A stretch of DNA of 64,000 bases from Candidatus Omnitrophota bacterium. Lineage in GTDB: Bacteria; Omnitrophota; Gorgyraeia; JAFGGP01. Under the pieces are notes generated by a model. That model saw nothing but the letters and a program-made list of their open reading frames with translations. It had not been told where the DNA came from and ran no database searches. The stretch spans positions 25,157-89,156 of the forward strand of contig JAFGGP010000013.1 in assembly GCA_016930485.1 (NCBI GenBank). Direction: 5' to 3'. A program made the translations under genes and the position numbers. Positions 14,901 through 23,196 of the stretch are shown here, one piece after another; within the stretch, counting starts at the first letter, position 1, and each line of letters opens with the position of its first letter.

Positions 14901-17618
14901 GCAATTATGGCGCGTGCGGATCTTATGGACGAGGAGCTCTTGACAGAGATGAAGTCGGCCGGTCTGTATGCGGTAAAATACGGTGTTGAAAGTGCGGTTC
15001 AAGAGATCCTCGACAGTTCCAACAAAAAGATGGATCTTAAAAAAGCAGAGCGGATGATTCGTCTCACTAAGGCAATGGATATGAAAATTCATCTGACGTT
15101 CACCTTTGGGCTGCCTGGCGAGACTTTCGAGACGATCAAGAAAACAACCGATTTTGCGCTGCGCATGGACCCCGATTCCGTCCAGTTTTCTATTACGACA
15201 CCTTTTCCCGGAACCAGATATTTTGAGGAACTGGACCAAAAGGGATGGATCGTCACGAAAAACTGGGCTGACTACGATGGAAATTATAAGAGTGTCCACA
15301 GAACCGAGTTTTTAGAATCAGGCGATCTCGAAAAGGCCCAGGACAATGCTTATGCAGTTTGGGAGGATCACTGCAGGAAACGAAAAGGTATAACCGGAAG
15401 GCGGTCTGCCTTCGTGAGATTTTTTGTTTACTGGCGGTCATGTGGTTTTCTTTTTGCGATGCAAAAAATTGTTAAATATATCTTATTCAAGATGCGGCAA
15501 TACAAAGAAAAGCAGCACGCAAGAACGGGCGAGGATTTACTCTATAAAGACCTCGGGCTTCGGATAGAATATGTTAAGCGAAAGGCGAGAATATTCTATA
15601 AAGGGGCTGAACTGACCAAGGATGTTGGCCTGACAACATCGCTGAAGATTCTTGGAGACTGGCACGACTCCACATTTGCTGTCTGGAGCGTCGACAAGAT
15701 CTCTCCGAAATTTATTCGCATTAAAAGCAGGTGGCAGACTGTGCCGGTGAGCCAGATATGGCATCTTGAGATTACCGGATCGCGACAGATTCAGTGGAAC
15801 GTTGCCATGGAGATAGAAGAGGAGCTGATTGTGCAGGAAGAAAAAGCCGGCCTTGTTGTAACCCCTGAGTACAGACAGTGGAGCTTTGCAGATAAGGACG
15901 GCATTTTCCCGCAACTGACAGATCAATGGGAGGAGATGGTGCTGCCTGAGTCGGACGAGAAGTGCATTTGCATCAGCGGTTCAGAAAAAGAAAATGGTGC
16001 CCATCCGCCGTTATTTTTTGAATTTTCCAAGTCAGGTAGTTGCATCCCGCAGCTTCAAAACGCCACCCGTCACATGAACGCACGTTTTGTTCATGCCCGG
16101 AAGGTTTGGGGCGTTGGCGGGAGGACGTATATGCCCGGTACTTATGAGTATTTTTCCGGAACGATTACTATCGGCACCGAACCGGAAGAGCTGCAGGATT
16201 TGGGAGAAGCAACGCGGAGGGATGTCGGCAGGGGCCTTAACTCAACCATTTATTCGCGACGAAGCTCATTTCGTATTGTGTGGGACTCGATCAGGAAGCA
16301 GGGAATGGTGCAGACCGCAAGGAAAATACTAAGATATTTCAAACCAAGAAATCTGAGCGCGCATTATTTGACGTTGCTTGGGATCTTTGACGGACAAAAA
16401 GCCTACAGGGGGCCTGATTTTGTCCAGATCGACCCTACTAATAATTGCATAAACAGTTGTGCCGGTTGCTGGTGCCATTCAGAACTGCTAGGCGATAGAA
16501 AAATGGGATTGGAAGAAAAAAAGAAAACCCTGCCTTTCGAGGTTATGAAGAATCTCGTTGATGAACTGTGTGCCCTGGGGACTAAAGAGATATACTTTGC
16601 CGGAGGCGGAGAGCCGTTTATGCATCCCCGGCTTTTGGATATCGTCGAATACGCAAAAGAGAAAAAACTGTTGTGTTACATCAACACCAGTTTTGTGCTT
16701 ATTGATAAACAGAAGGCCAGGCGACTTGTCGAACTGGGTATTGACCATATGACAGTAAGTATGTGGGCAGGTGATGCGGATACATATGTAAAGACACATC
16801 CGACAAAAAATAAGGACCTCTTTTACCAAATTAGAGATGTGCTCACTTTTTTAAATAGCATCAAAAATAACCGAAGGCCGTTTATTAAACTCTATAATGT
16901 AATCTCCTCTTTGAACTATGATGCTGTTGATGCTATGGTCGATTTTGCTCTTCAGACCGGATCGGAATCGATGGAGTTTACATTAATAGACACAATCCCC
17001 GGAAAAACCGATCACCTTCTGCCAGATTCCGAACAGACAAAATGTCTTATTGAACAGTGTGAGGATCTGAGGCGGAAAGTCCACGGACCGCTCAGGGGGA
17101 TGCTTGAACTCATCGGTTTTGAGCAGTTTGTGCGCCGGATTAAGAGTGCGCACGTTACTGAGGGCGAGTACGATAAAGAAATCATAAACGCGCTGCCCCG
17201 ATGTTATATCGGCTGGACTTTTGCGCGTGTTCTAGCCGACGGAAACGTCAATTCGTGTCTCAAGAGTCACCGGATACCCGTTGGCAGTATATACCGAGAG
17301 TCTTTTAGAAACATCTGGAACGGTCCACGACAGTGCTCTTTTCGCTGTCACGCCCTTAGGTTTGATAAAAACGATCCGTTTTTTACATTAATAGGAAATG
17401 ACCCGTCGATCCGGGAGGCGGGGTGTTATAAGAGCTGCGACGACATTATAAGAAACATAAACACCCACAACCGTCTTATGTCATTAACCTTGCCAGAGCT
17501 GGGTGTTCTTAAGGCGTTAGCAGGGCTGAGCAGGATGGCACAAGCGTTGCATTTTAATAAAAGACGTACTCTTACCAAACAACAGGCCGAGGTCGAAAAA
17601 GAATGGCTCGCGGGATAA
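11916..17618 (+). CDS. giant fusion protein: Wzt/TagH-type ABC ATPase + 3 unassigned ~210-aa modules + B12-binding-type radical SAM + second radical SAM with SPASM/twitch-like tail
   Basis: It is one uninterrupted 5.7-kb ORF, with SD AAGGCGG 6 nt before ATG 11916.
- ABC domain at ~11931-12614: GENGSGKST, YSQGMFVRLAFA, ILVDDTLAVGD, LVTHD.
- Modules at ~12642-13304, ~13341-13964 and ~15543-16184.
- Radical SAM 1 at ~14022-15389, with CPYQCIFC at 14664-14687.
- Radical SAM 2 at ~16392-17459, with CINSCAGC at 16446-16469, FAGGGEPF, and C-x12-G-x4-C plus two CxxxC pairs. Confidence 0.85.
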   Translation: MREAVVSFADVWEMYEVKFIKNKKVSWEKIWALQGVSFEIFRGECVCIIGENGSGKSTTLKLISGMLKPDKGSVKINGTVSALLELGAGFHPELTGRDNVYLNASLFGLPKNTIDKVFEEIVAFSGLGRFIDATVRCYSQGMFVRLAFALAIHVNPDIILVDDTLAVGDEEFQKKCIKKIFELKESGKTIILVTHDLNIAERLCARGMILRDGRLLQHGPLQRIIPSYLETVGLKEGLGILQYEHLRVVFNNGRIFLNWKGVSLTKHLGGYISCFIKDRNYLSSELHWHIGHIDGRSITAQGRHPYLDLEYTWKIVVFEDYSFKVEIDRAVSSDAIEVKDETFNLMLTDEYKNWSSMKGIGAFNEHFAHEVNWEQAAPKIAQGDIMAVMPISGTIEHLPGIVFDGSRADPAFRITGHNTGCNVSARAFRAVLSEAALGLSLSRGGRFFDGYFRLFYDEKAINDFIEKKRRERTFTAGDIRLLVDYGKIGIFFRDCEVTQDAGLLSSFLSLGRWLDSTQAHWTIQRKPNGFTVKVQWQDIPITQLWHLEIIKENEIRWRVQLEVHDKVVVQEEKAGIALSAQYVSWLCAEDNGIFPEIKGWEDMPLSRQDVSVIGVKGTQEGGSQYPPLSFDFSEANGFFPQLQNSTRQINARMLQARRIHRMEDTTYHPGSYDYFSARIVLGDGLQSGGSRRSEQISVKPVVAKVLFVNLPWRIDGMWGVRAGSRWPHIKEPVEGEYLPFPFFMAYAAALLEKNGFDVELIDAIAEGIEEKIFLRMLHNKRPDLLVTETSTVTLEHDLGILKKIDPGIPVALCGADSNIQKEDFLKAHPYITYVLVGEYEHTLLDLVRHMNGSQDLQDVPGLLFRNNGNIVKTAPRPLCNLDDLPWPLRDRLPMHKYFDAPGGIPTPSAQMWASRGCPYQCIFCAWPHIMYGGGTYRTRNTIDVVDEMEYLIKKMNFKSIYFDDDTFNIGRKRMLELCQEIKRRTKEGQMPGVPWAIMARADLMDEELLTEMKSAGLYAVKYGVESAVQEILDSSNKKMDLKKAERMIRLTKAMDMKIHLTFTFGLPGETFETIKKTTDFALRMDPDSVQFSITTPFPGTRYFEELDQKGWIVTKNWADYDGNYKSVHRTEFLESGDLEKAQDNAYAVWEDHCRKRKGITGRRSAFVRFFVYWRSCGFLFAMQKIVKYILFKMRQYKEKQHARTGEDLLYKDLGLRIEYVKRKARIFYKGAELTKDVGLTTSLKILGDWHDSTFAVWSVDKISPKFIRIKSRWQTVPVSQIWHLEITGSRQIQWNVAMEIEEELIVQEEKAGLVVTPEYRQWSFADKDGIFPQLTDQWEEMVLPESDEKCICISGSEKENGAHPPLFFEFSKSGSCIPQLQNATRHMNARFVHARKVWGVGGRTYMPGTYEYFSGTITIGTEPEELQDLGEATRRDVGRGLNSTIYSRRSSFRIVWDSIRKQGMVQTARKILRYFKPRNLSAHYLTLLGIFDGQKAYRGPDFVQIDPTNNCINSCAGCWCHSELLGDRKMGLEEKKKTLPFEVMKNLVDELCALGTKEIYFAGGGEPFMHPRLLDIVEYAKEKKLLCYINTSFVLIDKQKARRLVELGIDHMTVSMWAGDADTYVKTHPTKNKDLFYQIRDVLTFLNSIKNNRRPFIKLYNVISSLNYDAVDAMVDFALQTGSESMEFTLIDTIPGKTDHLLPDSEQTKCLIEQCEDLRRKVHGPLRGMLELIGFEQFVRRIKSAHVTEGEYDKEIINALPRCYIGWTFARVLADGNVNSCLKSHRIPVGSIYRESFRNIWNGPRQCSFRCHALRFDKNDPFFTLIGNDPSIREAGCYKSCDDIIRNINTHNRLMSLTLPELGVLKALAGLSRMAQALHFNKRRTLTKQQAEVEKEWLAG

Positions 17619-19084
17619 CATCCGATATTATTCTGGTTTTAGCCCCGCCGTGGGGGGTGGACGAACCCCATCTGGGGCTTGCGTACTTGGCGACTTATCT
17701 GAAGGATAAAGGATATCTTCCTGAGATCTACGATATGAATATCGAGGTATTTCATGATGTGTATAACAGTCCGCTAAGAGAACTTTGGAAGTCGTCGCGT
17801 CAACCTGATTGGATGAACAGGTCGGTTTTTTATTCTCAGACAGTTCCACGCCTTGAGTCACACCTCGAACAAGGCGTAAACAGTATATTAAAAAACAGAA
17901 CAAAGACCATCGGCTTTTCAGTAACCGCAAGTAACCGCCTGTTTACCCTGGAGATGATACGGCGCATCAAGGAACGTGATCGGTCGCGGTTTATCATCGT
18001 CGGGGGAATTGGTTGTTACACGGAAGGGGAGCGATTGATTTTTTTGCCGCCCGGCATGGTCGATGCCTTTGTCATCGGAGAGGGGGAAGAAATACTGGTC
18101 GATCTGCTTGATTCCCTAGAAAATAAGAGACCTCTCGCGAATGTTTCCGGATGTATATATTGGACTGGCGAGGGATATTCCAGAGGTGTGCCGCGCCCGC
18201 TCGTAGAACATTTAGACAGCATTCCCTTTCCTACCTTTGATGAATTTCCTCTGGATCTGTATTTGTACGGAAGAAAAAGTTTTGATGAATTTACTATGAA
18301 GCATACACCTATCCTTGGCAGTCGGGGGTGCGTAAACAGGTGCGCCTTCTGTAATGATGTAGCTATCTGGCCCTCATTCAGGCACCGCTCCGCCCGTCAT
18401 ATATGTGACGAGCTTTTTTATGAATCAAAGAAGCGGAATATCACCGCTTTTGTATTTCAGGACCTTACTATAAATGGCAACCTTCTGCTCTTGAGGGAGA
18501 TGTGCCGGCTCTTTAAAAGTAAACTTATCGATGATTTCAGATTTCCGGTCAGATGGGTGAGTAATGTTATTGCACGCAAAGGCATGGATCATGATACCTT
18601 TACCCTCATGAAAAACGCCGGATGTCACACCCTCATGTTTGGCATTGAAAGCGGATCGGACAAGGTATTGAAACTGATGAGAAAAGGGTACACCTCGGAG
18701 AGTGCGGCAAAGGTGCTGCAGGAGTGCAAGAGAAGCGGCATTGCGGTTTGGATCAATCTTATTGTCGGTTTTCCCGGGGAGGGAGAACGGGAGTTTCTCG
18801 AAACACTCTGTTTTATCAAGGAAAATAAGGGATACATCGACAGGGTTCAAAATCTCAACATCTGCAATGTGGTCGAAAGTGCCGAACTTCAGAGAAATGC
18901 CGGACGTTACGGGGTTGTACTTCCCGATGATGATATGGCATATCTGCACTGGAGGAGCGTCGACGGGACTAACACTTTCGAAGAAAGAAAGAGAAGACTT
19001 TTTATGCTGAAGGCGGAGATCGAGTCGCTTGGAATATGTGTTGAAAATATGAATATCGAGGGCGAGGAAGGAAAGATAGGATGA
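17603..19084 (+). CDS. B12-binding-domain radical SAM protein
   Basis: It has an N-terminal Rossmann-like B12-binding region (IILVLAPPWG...IIVGGIGCY...FVIGEGEE) and the radical SAM cluster motif GSRGCVNRCAFCND. It overlaps the upstream stop by 16 nt. Confidence 0.85.
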   Translation: MARGITSDIILVLAPPWGVDEPHLGLAYLATYLKDKGYLPEIYDMNIEVFHDVYNSPLRELWKSSRQPDWMNRSVFYSQTVPRLESHLEQGVNSILKNRTKTIGFSVTASNRLFTLEMIRRIKERDRSRFIIVGGIGCYTEGERLIFLPPGMVDAFVIGEGEEILVDLLDSLENKRPLANVSGCIYWTGEGYSRGVPRPLVEHLDSIPFPTFDEFPLDLYLYGRKSFDEFTMKHTPILGSRGCVNRCAFCNDVAIWPSFRHRSARHICDELFYESKKRNITAFVFQDLTINGNLLLLREMCRLFKSKLIDDFRFPVRWVSNVIARKGMDHDTFTLMKNAGCHTLMFGIESGSDKVLKLMRKGYTSESAAKVLQECKRSGIAVWINLIVGFPGEGEREFLETLCFIKENKGYIDRVQNLNICNVVESAELQRNAGRYGVVLPDDDMAYLHWRSVDGTNTFEERKRRLFMLKAEIESLGICVENMNIEGEEGKIG

Positions 19085-19197
19085 GAAGGCGCCGGATAAT
19101 CCATTTTGTCCTGCTTGCGGTCCTCACTTTTTTAGTGGATATGTATCTTTTTGCTATTAAGAAGATAAAAGGCGTTACTATTTTCCCAGGGGGATAA
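19081..19197 (+). CDS. 38-aa single-pass membrane micro-protein (MRRRRIIHFVLLAVLTFLVDMYLFAIKKIKGVTIFPGG)
   Basis: It is not in the ORF track because it is under 60 aa. Its ATG 19081 overlaps the upstream TGA (GATGA), and its TAA 19195-19197 overlaps the ATG of the next gene (TAATG). It has an Arg4 N-terminus plus one hydrophobic helix. Confidence 0.5.
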   Translation: MRRRRIIHFVLLAVLTFLVDMYLFAIKKIKGVTIFPGG

Positions 19198-20360
19198 TGA
19201 AAATAGTACTGGTGCACCCTCATGATATTTTCTCCAAGGAAGAGCCCTGGACGGTTAGAATCAGGAGCATTGCCGAGGAGTTTGTGAAGCGGGGCCACAA
19301 GGTTCGGTTAATCTATTTTCCACTGCGGGATGAGGGGCAGCACCTCGAAAAAGAATATAACGGCTATTTTGTTATCCCGCTCTCCCGACAGCACGGCCCT
19401 CATATTTTTTTAAAAAATATACGGCGCGTTATTGCCGAGGCAAAATGGTGTGATATAATCCACTTCCAGAAATGCTTTCATTATGCAGCCCTTCCGGTAC
19501 TCCTCGCCTCTTTTATAACAGGGAAGCCGGTTCATTATGACTGGGATGACTGGGAAATAAAAATTTATTATTATCCGCCGAATCAATCGCGCTTTATCGG
19601 GTTTTTTCTGAATAGCTGGGAGACCTCCCTGCCGTGCCTGTGCGACACGGTTTCATATTCCAGCTACCGACTCAAGGAAGAATGCGAAAGACTGGGCGTA
19701 AAAGGGGAGAGGATGTGCCAGGCGCATGTAGGGGCAGATATTACAAAATTCCGTCCTGATGTCGATGGCTCCTTCATACGAACCCGATACTGTTTAAAAC
19801 CCCTGGTGGTGTTATACCTGGGACAGCTGCACGGCGGTCAGTATACCGAACTGTATCTACGGGCTGCACGGGAGGTATTAAGGCAGCGCAACGATGTTTC
19901 TTTTTTAGTTGTCGGGGGAGGGTATCGCCAAAATGAACTGATACATTTTGCACGCCATCTGCAGATCGACCGGGATGTGGTATTTACCGGCTATATAACG
20001 CACGACGAATCACCGTATTACATCGCCGCGGCAGATGTGTGCGTGGCGTGTTTCGAGGATAACGATATCACCAGATGCAAAAGCCCGTTAAAAATAGTGG
20101 AGTATCTTGCGTCAGGCAAAGCCATTGTGGCCTCTAATGTGGGTGAGGTGAGAAATATGGTGGGCGGCATTGGCGTTTTGGTACCACCCGGAGATTCGCA
20201 GGCCCTGGCCCAGGGGATTGTCCAGTTACTCAATGATGGACAATTACGGAGAGAGATGTCATGCAGGGCACGGGAGCGGGCCGAGCATAAATATAACTGG
20301 GGTGTTACCGCTCAGAATTTATTGGAGATGTACGGGAGGTCTCTCAATGGAAAAGGCTAA
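19197..20360 (+). CDS. GT4/GT1-like glycosyltransferase
   Basis: Motifs include MKIVLVHPHD...RGHKVRLIYF, HYDWDDWEIK, and a C-terminal KSPLKIVEYLASGKAIVASNVGE. It is a paralog of the 29006..30142 product. Confidence 0.75.
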   Translation: MKIVLVHPHDIFSKEEPWTVRIRSIAEEFVKRGHKVRLIYFPLRDEGQHLEKEYNGYFVIPLSRQHGPHIFLKNIRRVIAEAKWCDIIHFQKCFHYAALPVLLASFITGKPVHYDWDDWEIKIYYYPPNQSRFIGFFLNSWETSLPCLCDTVSYSSYRLKEECERLGVKGERMCQAHVGADITKFRPDVDGSFIRTRYCLKPLVVLYLGQLHGGQYTELYLRAAREVLRQRNDVSFLVVGGGYRQNELIHFARHLQIDRDVVFTGYITHDESPYYIAAADVCVACFEDNDITRCKSPLKIVEYLASGKAIVASNVGEVRNMVGGIGVLVPPGDSQALAQGIVQLLNDGQLRREMSCRARERAEHKYNWGVTAQNLLEMYGRSLNGKG

Positions 20361-21312
20361 TATATATCTCTCTGTTGTCGTGCCCGTCAGAAATGAAGAA
20401 AAGAATATCCCAGTGCTGCATGAGGAACTTCTGGATGTTTTGCGTACCCTTAAAAGGAGTAGCGAGATAATCTACGTGGATGACGGATCTACCGATTTAA
20501 CCTTTGAGCAGATAAAGACCATCGCGTTAAACGACCAGAGGGTCACGGCGGTTAAGCTGGCCAGACATTCAGGGCAGACAATGGCTATTGCCGCAGGCAT
20601 CGACCTTGCAAAGGGCGAGGCGATTATTCTCATGGACGGGGATTTGCAGAATGACCCGCGCGATATCCCTGTTCTGCTGACCGCACTCAGCGAAGGATAT
20701 GACCTTGTCAGCGGGTGGAGGAGAAAGCGGAAAGACGCCTTTATTACCAAGAAGATCCCTTCTAAGGTCGCGAACTTCCTTATTAGCAAGTTAACAGGGG
20801 TAAGTTTGCATGATTTCGGTTGCACATTAAAGGCGTACCGAGCCAGTGTCATTGCCGGTCTTGACCTGTACGGAGAGAGCCATCGCCTGATCCCGATTTA
20901 TGCAGCTATGCAAGGCGCTAACATTAAAGAGGTTGTGGTTAACCACCGACCTCGCAGGCACGGAAAGTCACATTATGGCCTGTGGCGCGCATTTAAAGTT
21001 CTATTGGATATTTTTATTGCCAGATTTTTTGCGATTTTTTCAAGCAAGCCGATTTATATTTTCGGAGGCTCCGGCCTGGTTGCCTTATTTTTCAGCATTT
21101 TTTTAGGGGTTATTGTTATCGTCAGGCGGTTATTTTTCCTGGGAGAATGGGTGAGTCCTCTTTTATTAATTTCCTTGATATTGTTTGCGATCGGAGTACA
21201 GTTTCTGCTTTTGGGGATATTAGCCGAGGTGCTGATAAGGGTATATTTCAAATCTTCAGGGAAAAAGCCGTTTTTATTGCAGGAGATTGTTGCAAAGAGC
21301 CATCATAGGTAG
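20347..21312 (+). CDS. GT2 polyprenyl-phosphate glycosyltransferase (GtrB/ArnC/DPM1-like)
   Basis: Motifs include LSVVVPVRNEEKNI, IIYVDDGSTD and ILMDGDLQNDP, with two C-terminal TM helices. The start is set to ATG 20347, which overlaps the upstream stop; the ORF-track 5' extension lies inside the previous gene. Confidence 0.8.
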   Translation: MEKANIYLSVVVPVRNEEKNIPVLHEELLDVLRTLKRSSEIIYVDDGSTDLTFEQIKTIALNDQRVTAVKLARHSGQTMAIAAGIDLAKGEAIILMDGDLQNDPRDIPVLLTALSEGYDLVSGWRRKRKDAFITKKIPSKVANFLISKLTGVSLHDFGCTLKAYRASVIAGLDLYGESHRLIPIYAAMQGANIKEVVVNHRPRRHGKSHYGLWRAFKVLLDIFIARFFAIFSSKPIYIFGGSGLVALFFSIFLGVIVIVRRLFFLGEWVSPLLLISLILFAIGVQFLLLGILAEVLIRVYFKSSGKKPFLLQEIVAKSHHR

Positions 21313-21441
21313 CACTTGTGTGAGGGAAGACGAAAAAGGCGCTCTTCAAGTCAGCGAGGAGAGAGGGAAGAATGTGGTGGAGTTTATTGCACCAAAAAAC
21401 GGCGCGACTCTACCCGCCGGATCCAATATGTGAGTACCATC

Positions 21442-23184
21442 ATGGTTTCAAAAAAAATACTTTTTACCTCAAACAGATCGATAGTCATCATTTCCTTAAT
21501 CCTCATCATTGCATTCCACCTGTTACATAACTGTCTGTGGTGGCAAAACGATAACGTTCCCCGGGGTGGCGATGCCCCCAATCATGTTCTTTTTCAACGG
21601 CAGTTTTTTCAGGCGGTGACGTCCGTTTTAGATAATCAGTCTTTAACCCTTTTTTCAAAAATGAGCCTTATCGCCAAAATCTTTAATGGTAAGACTTATA
21701 GTGAGGTCCCGTATTATATTTACTGGCCGCGTTTTATTTCCTTAACCTCTTCTTTCTTTACCTGTGCTATCGATGACACTTTCTCGGTATTGCGCCTTTC
21801 CATCTTCCCCTATTTCATCCTGTTAATTGTCGCTACGTATCTGTTTGGGAAGGCCTTGCAATCGGTGTGGATGGGTTTATCTTCCGCGGCCCTAGTGTCT
21901 TTATATCCCATCATGTTCGAGTCTTCAAGGCAGTATGGCCTGGATTTGCCCTTAACCGCATTTTTTATGCTTACACTGTATCTGCTATTAAAAAGCCGGG
22001 GTTTCAAACATAGATTTTATTCAGTGGCATTCGGTATTGCCGCAGGAACAGGGGCGCTTATAAAAGGGCAGATAGGTCCTTTTATTATATTCCCTTTCAT
22101 CTACATGCTTGGCATATTAACCAAAAAAATAGCATACGCCTCCAGAAGGCATAAAGGCTTTTCTGGCATCAGGCGACTAACAAATCTCTCTTTAATGCTT
22201 TATTTTGCCTGTTTAGCAGGTTCGCTGTGGTGGGGGAATAAAATAAGGGAGGCAGCGAGGGTTTTACCTCAACATTTTATCAATGACAAAAAGGTCGCGA
22301 TGGAGAGTTTCTGTTCAGCACCCAAATTTTCCTGGGGCTATCTCACGTGGGATTTTCTGCAGATATTTCACAAGGCCGTCTGCCCATATTTAACCGCATG
22401 CTTCCTGGTCGCTTTATGCTACTTTCTGGTTAGAAAGGGCATGCGAAATAAAGCTTTTGTGATCGCTTCTTTTGTGGGCCCGTTTCTATTATTTTCTATT
22501 TTCTGCGCCGCCAAAGACGAACGATTTCTCATGCCGGTACTTCCTCTGATGGCTGTTGTTACCATGAGTAGTTGTCATGCCGTTAACAGTCGACGCACCC
22601 GTTATCTGCTTTTATTTCTTGTTTTTGCGGTTGCGATATTTCAGTTTTATGTGATCTCTTTTTATGACGGGTGCATAACTTGTTGCAATGTCAACAAAAA
22701 GGTATTTGGCATTACGCAATATGGCGGATCACCCCTAATGAAACCCCGGGGCTATGACAAGGAAATAGCAGACTTAATAGATAAAGGATCGGATGAAGGA
22801 GAGGATCTTAAGATAGGATACATCTCTTTAGTAAAGGAAGAAGTCGGCCCTTGCTATCATGTTCTATATTACAATTTGTTACCGATGCATCTGAAAATCA
22901 GATTAATTCCGTTAAGATGGGAAGCGGATATTTTTCTAACATGTATAAATGATTTTGATTTTATACTTTTTTTCGATGAACGAGAACATTATGAATGGCC
23001 AGATAAGCATTTCAGGGAGGATTTTATCGTAGCCGCGAATGAAGCGCGATATATAGCTAATTTTAGTTCAGATGAAGCAGTAGATAAACTAATATCCGGC
23101 AAAGAAAAATTTGATCTGATCAAAATGCTGAAGTACCCGGATCTTCGGTATTATTGTTTTGTGTACAAAAACAAAGATAGATGA
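21442..23184 (+). CDS. GT-C-fold membrane glycosyltransferase (ArnT/PMT_2-like) with C-terminal soluble domain
   Basis: It has many hydrophobic segments and a first-loop acidic motif after TM1 (NVPRGGDAPNH). It shares its layout with the four other GT-C paralogs in the locus. The start is ATG 21442; the ORF-track extension is Arg/Lys-rich and non-membrane. Confidence 0.65.
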   Translation: MVSKKILFTSNRSIVIISLILIIAFHLLHNCLWWQNDNVPRGGDAPNHVLFQRQFFQAVTSVLDNQSLTLFSKMSLIAKIFNGKTYSEVPYYIYWPRFISLTSSFFTCAIDDTFSVLRLSIFPYFILLIVATYLFGKALQSVWMGLSSAALVSLYPIMFESSRQYGLDLPLTAFFMLTLYLLLKSRGFKHRFYSVAFGIAAGTGALIKGQIGPFIIFPFIYMLGILTKKIAYASRRHKGFSGIRRLTNLSLMLYFACLAGSLWWGNKIREAARVLPQHFINDKKVAMESFCSAPKFSWGYLTWDFLQIFHKAVCPYLTACFLVALCYFLVRKGMRNKAFVIASFVGPFLLFSIFCAAKDERFLMPVLPLMAVVTMSSCHAVNSRRTRYLLLFLVFAVAIFQFYVISFYDGCITCCNVNKKVFGITQYGGSPLMKPRGYDKEIADLIDKGSDEGEDLKIGYISLVKEEVGPCYHVLYYNLLPMHLKIRLIPLRWEADIFLTCINDFDFILFFDEREHYEWPDKHFREDFIVAANEARYIANFSSDEAVDKLISGKEKFDLIKMLKYPDLRYYCFVYKNKDR

Positions 23185-23196
23185 AAAAGGTGGAGC

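Noticed and set aside
14565-15299. A 244-aa minus-strand ORF lies inside the giant fusion gene.
   Set aside because: It lies fully antisense to the radical SAM 1 domain, whose + strand translation has clear motifs. The minus product is Arg/Ile/His-rich with no recognisable motif, which is typical of a shadow ORF.
21316-21441. Long N-terminal extensions appear in ORF-track entries (21316, 20170, 37858, 7542, 30108, 59500).
   Set aside because: The extensions overlap upstream genes or a promoter-like site, are Arg/Lys-rich or non-homologous, and better-supported internal starts exist (SD sequences, ATGA/TAATG coupling).
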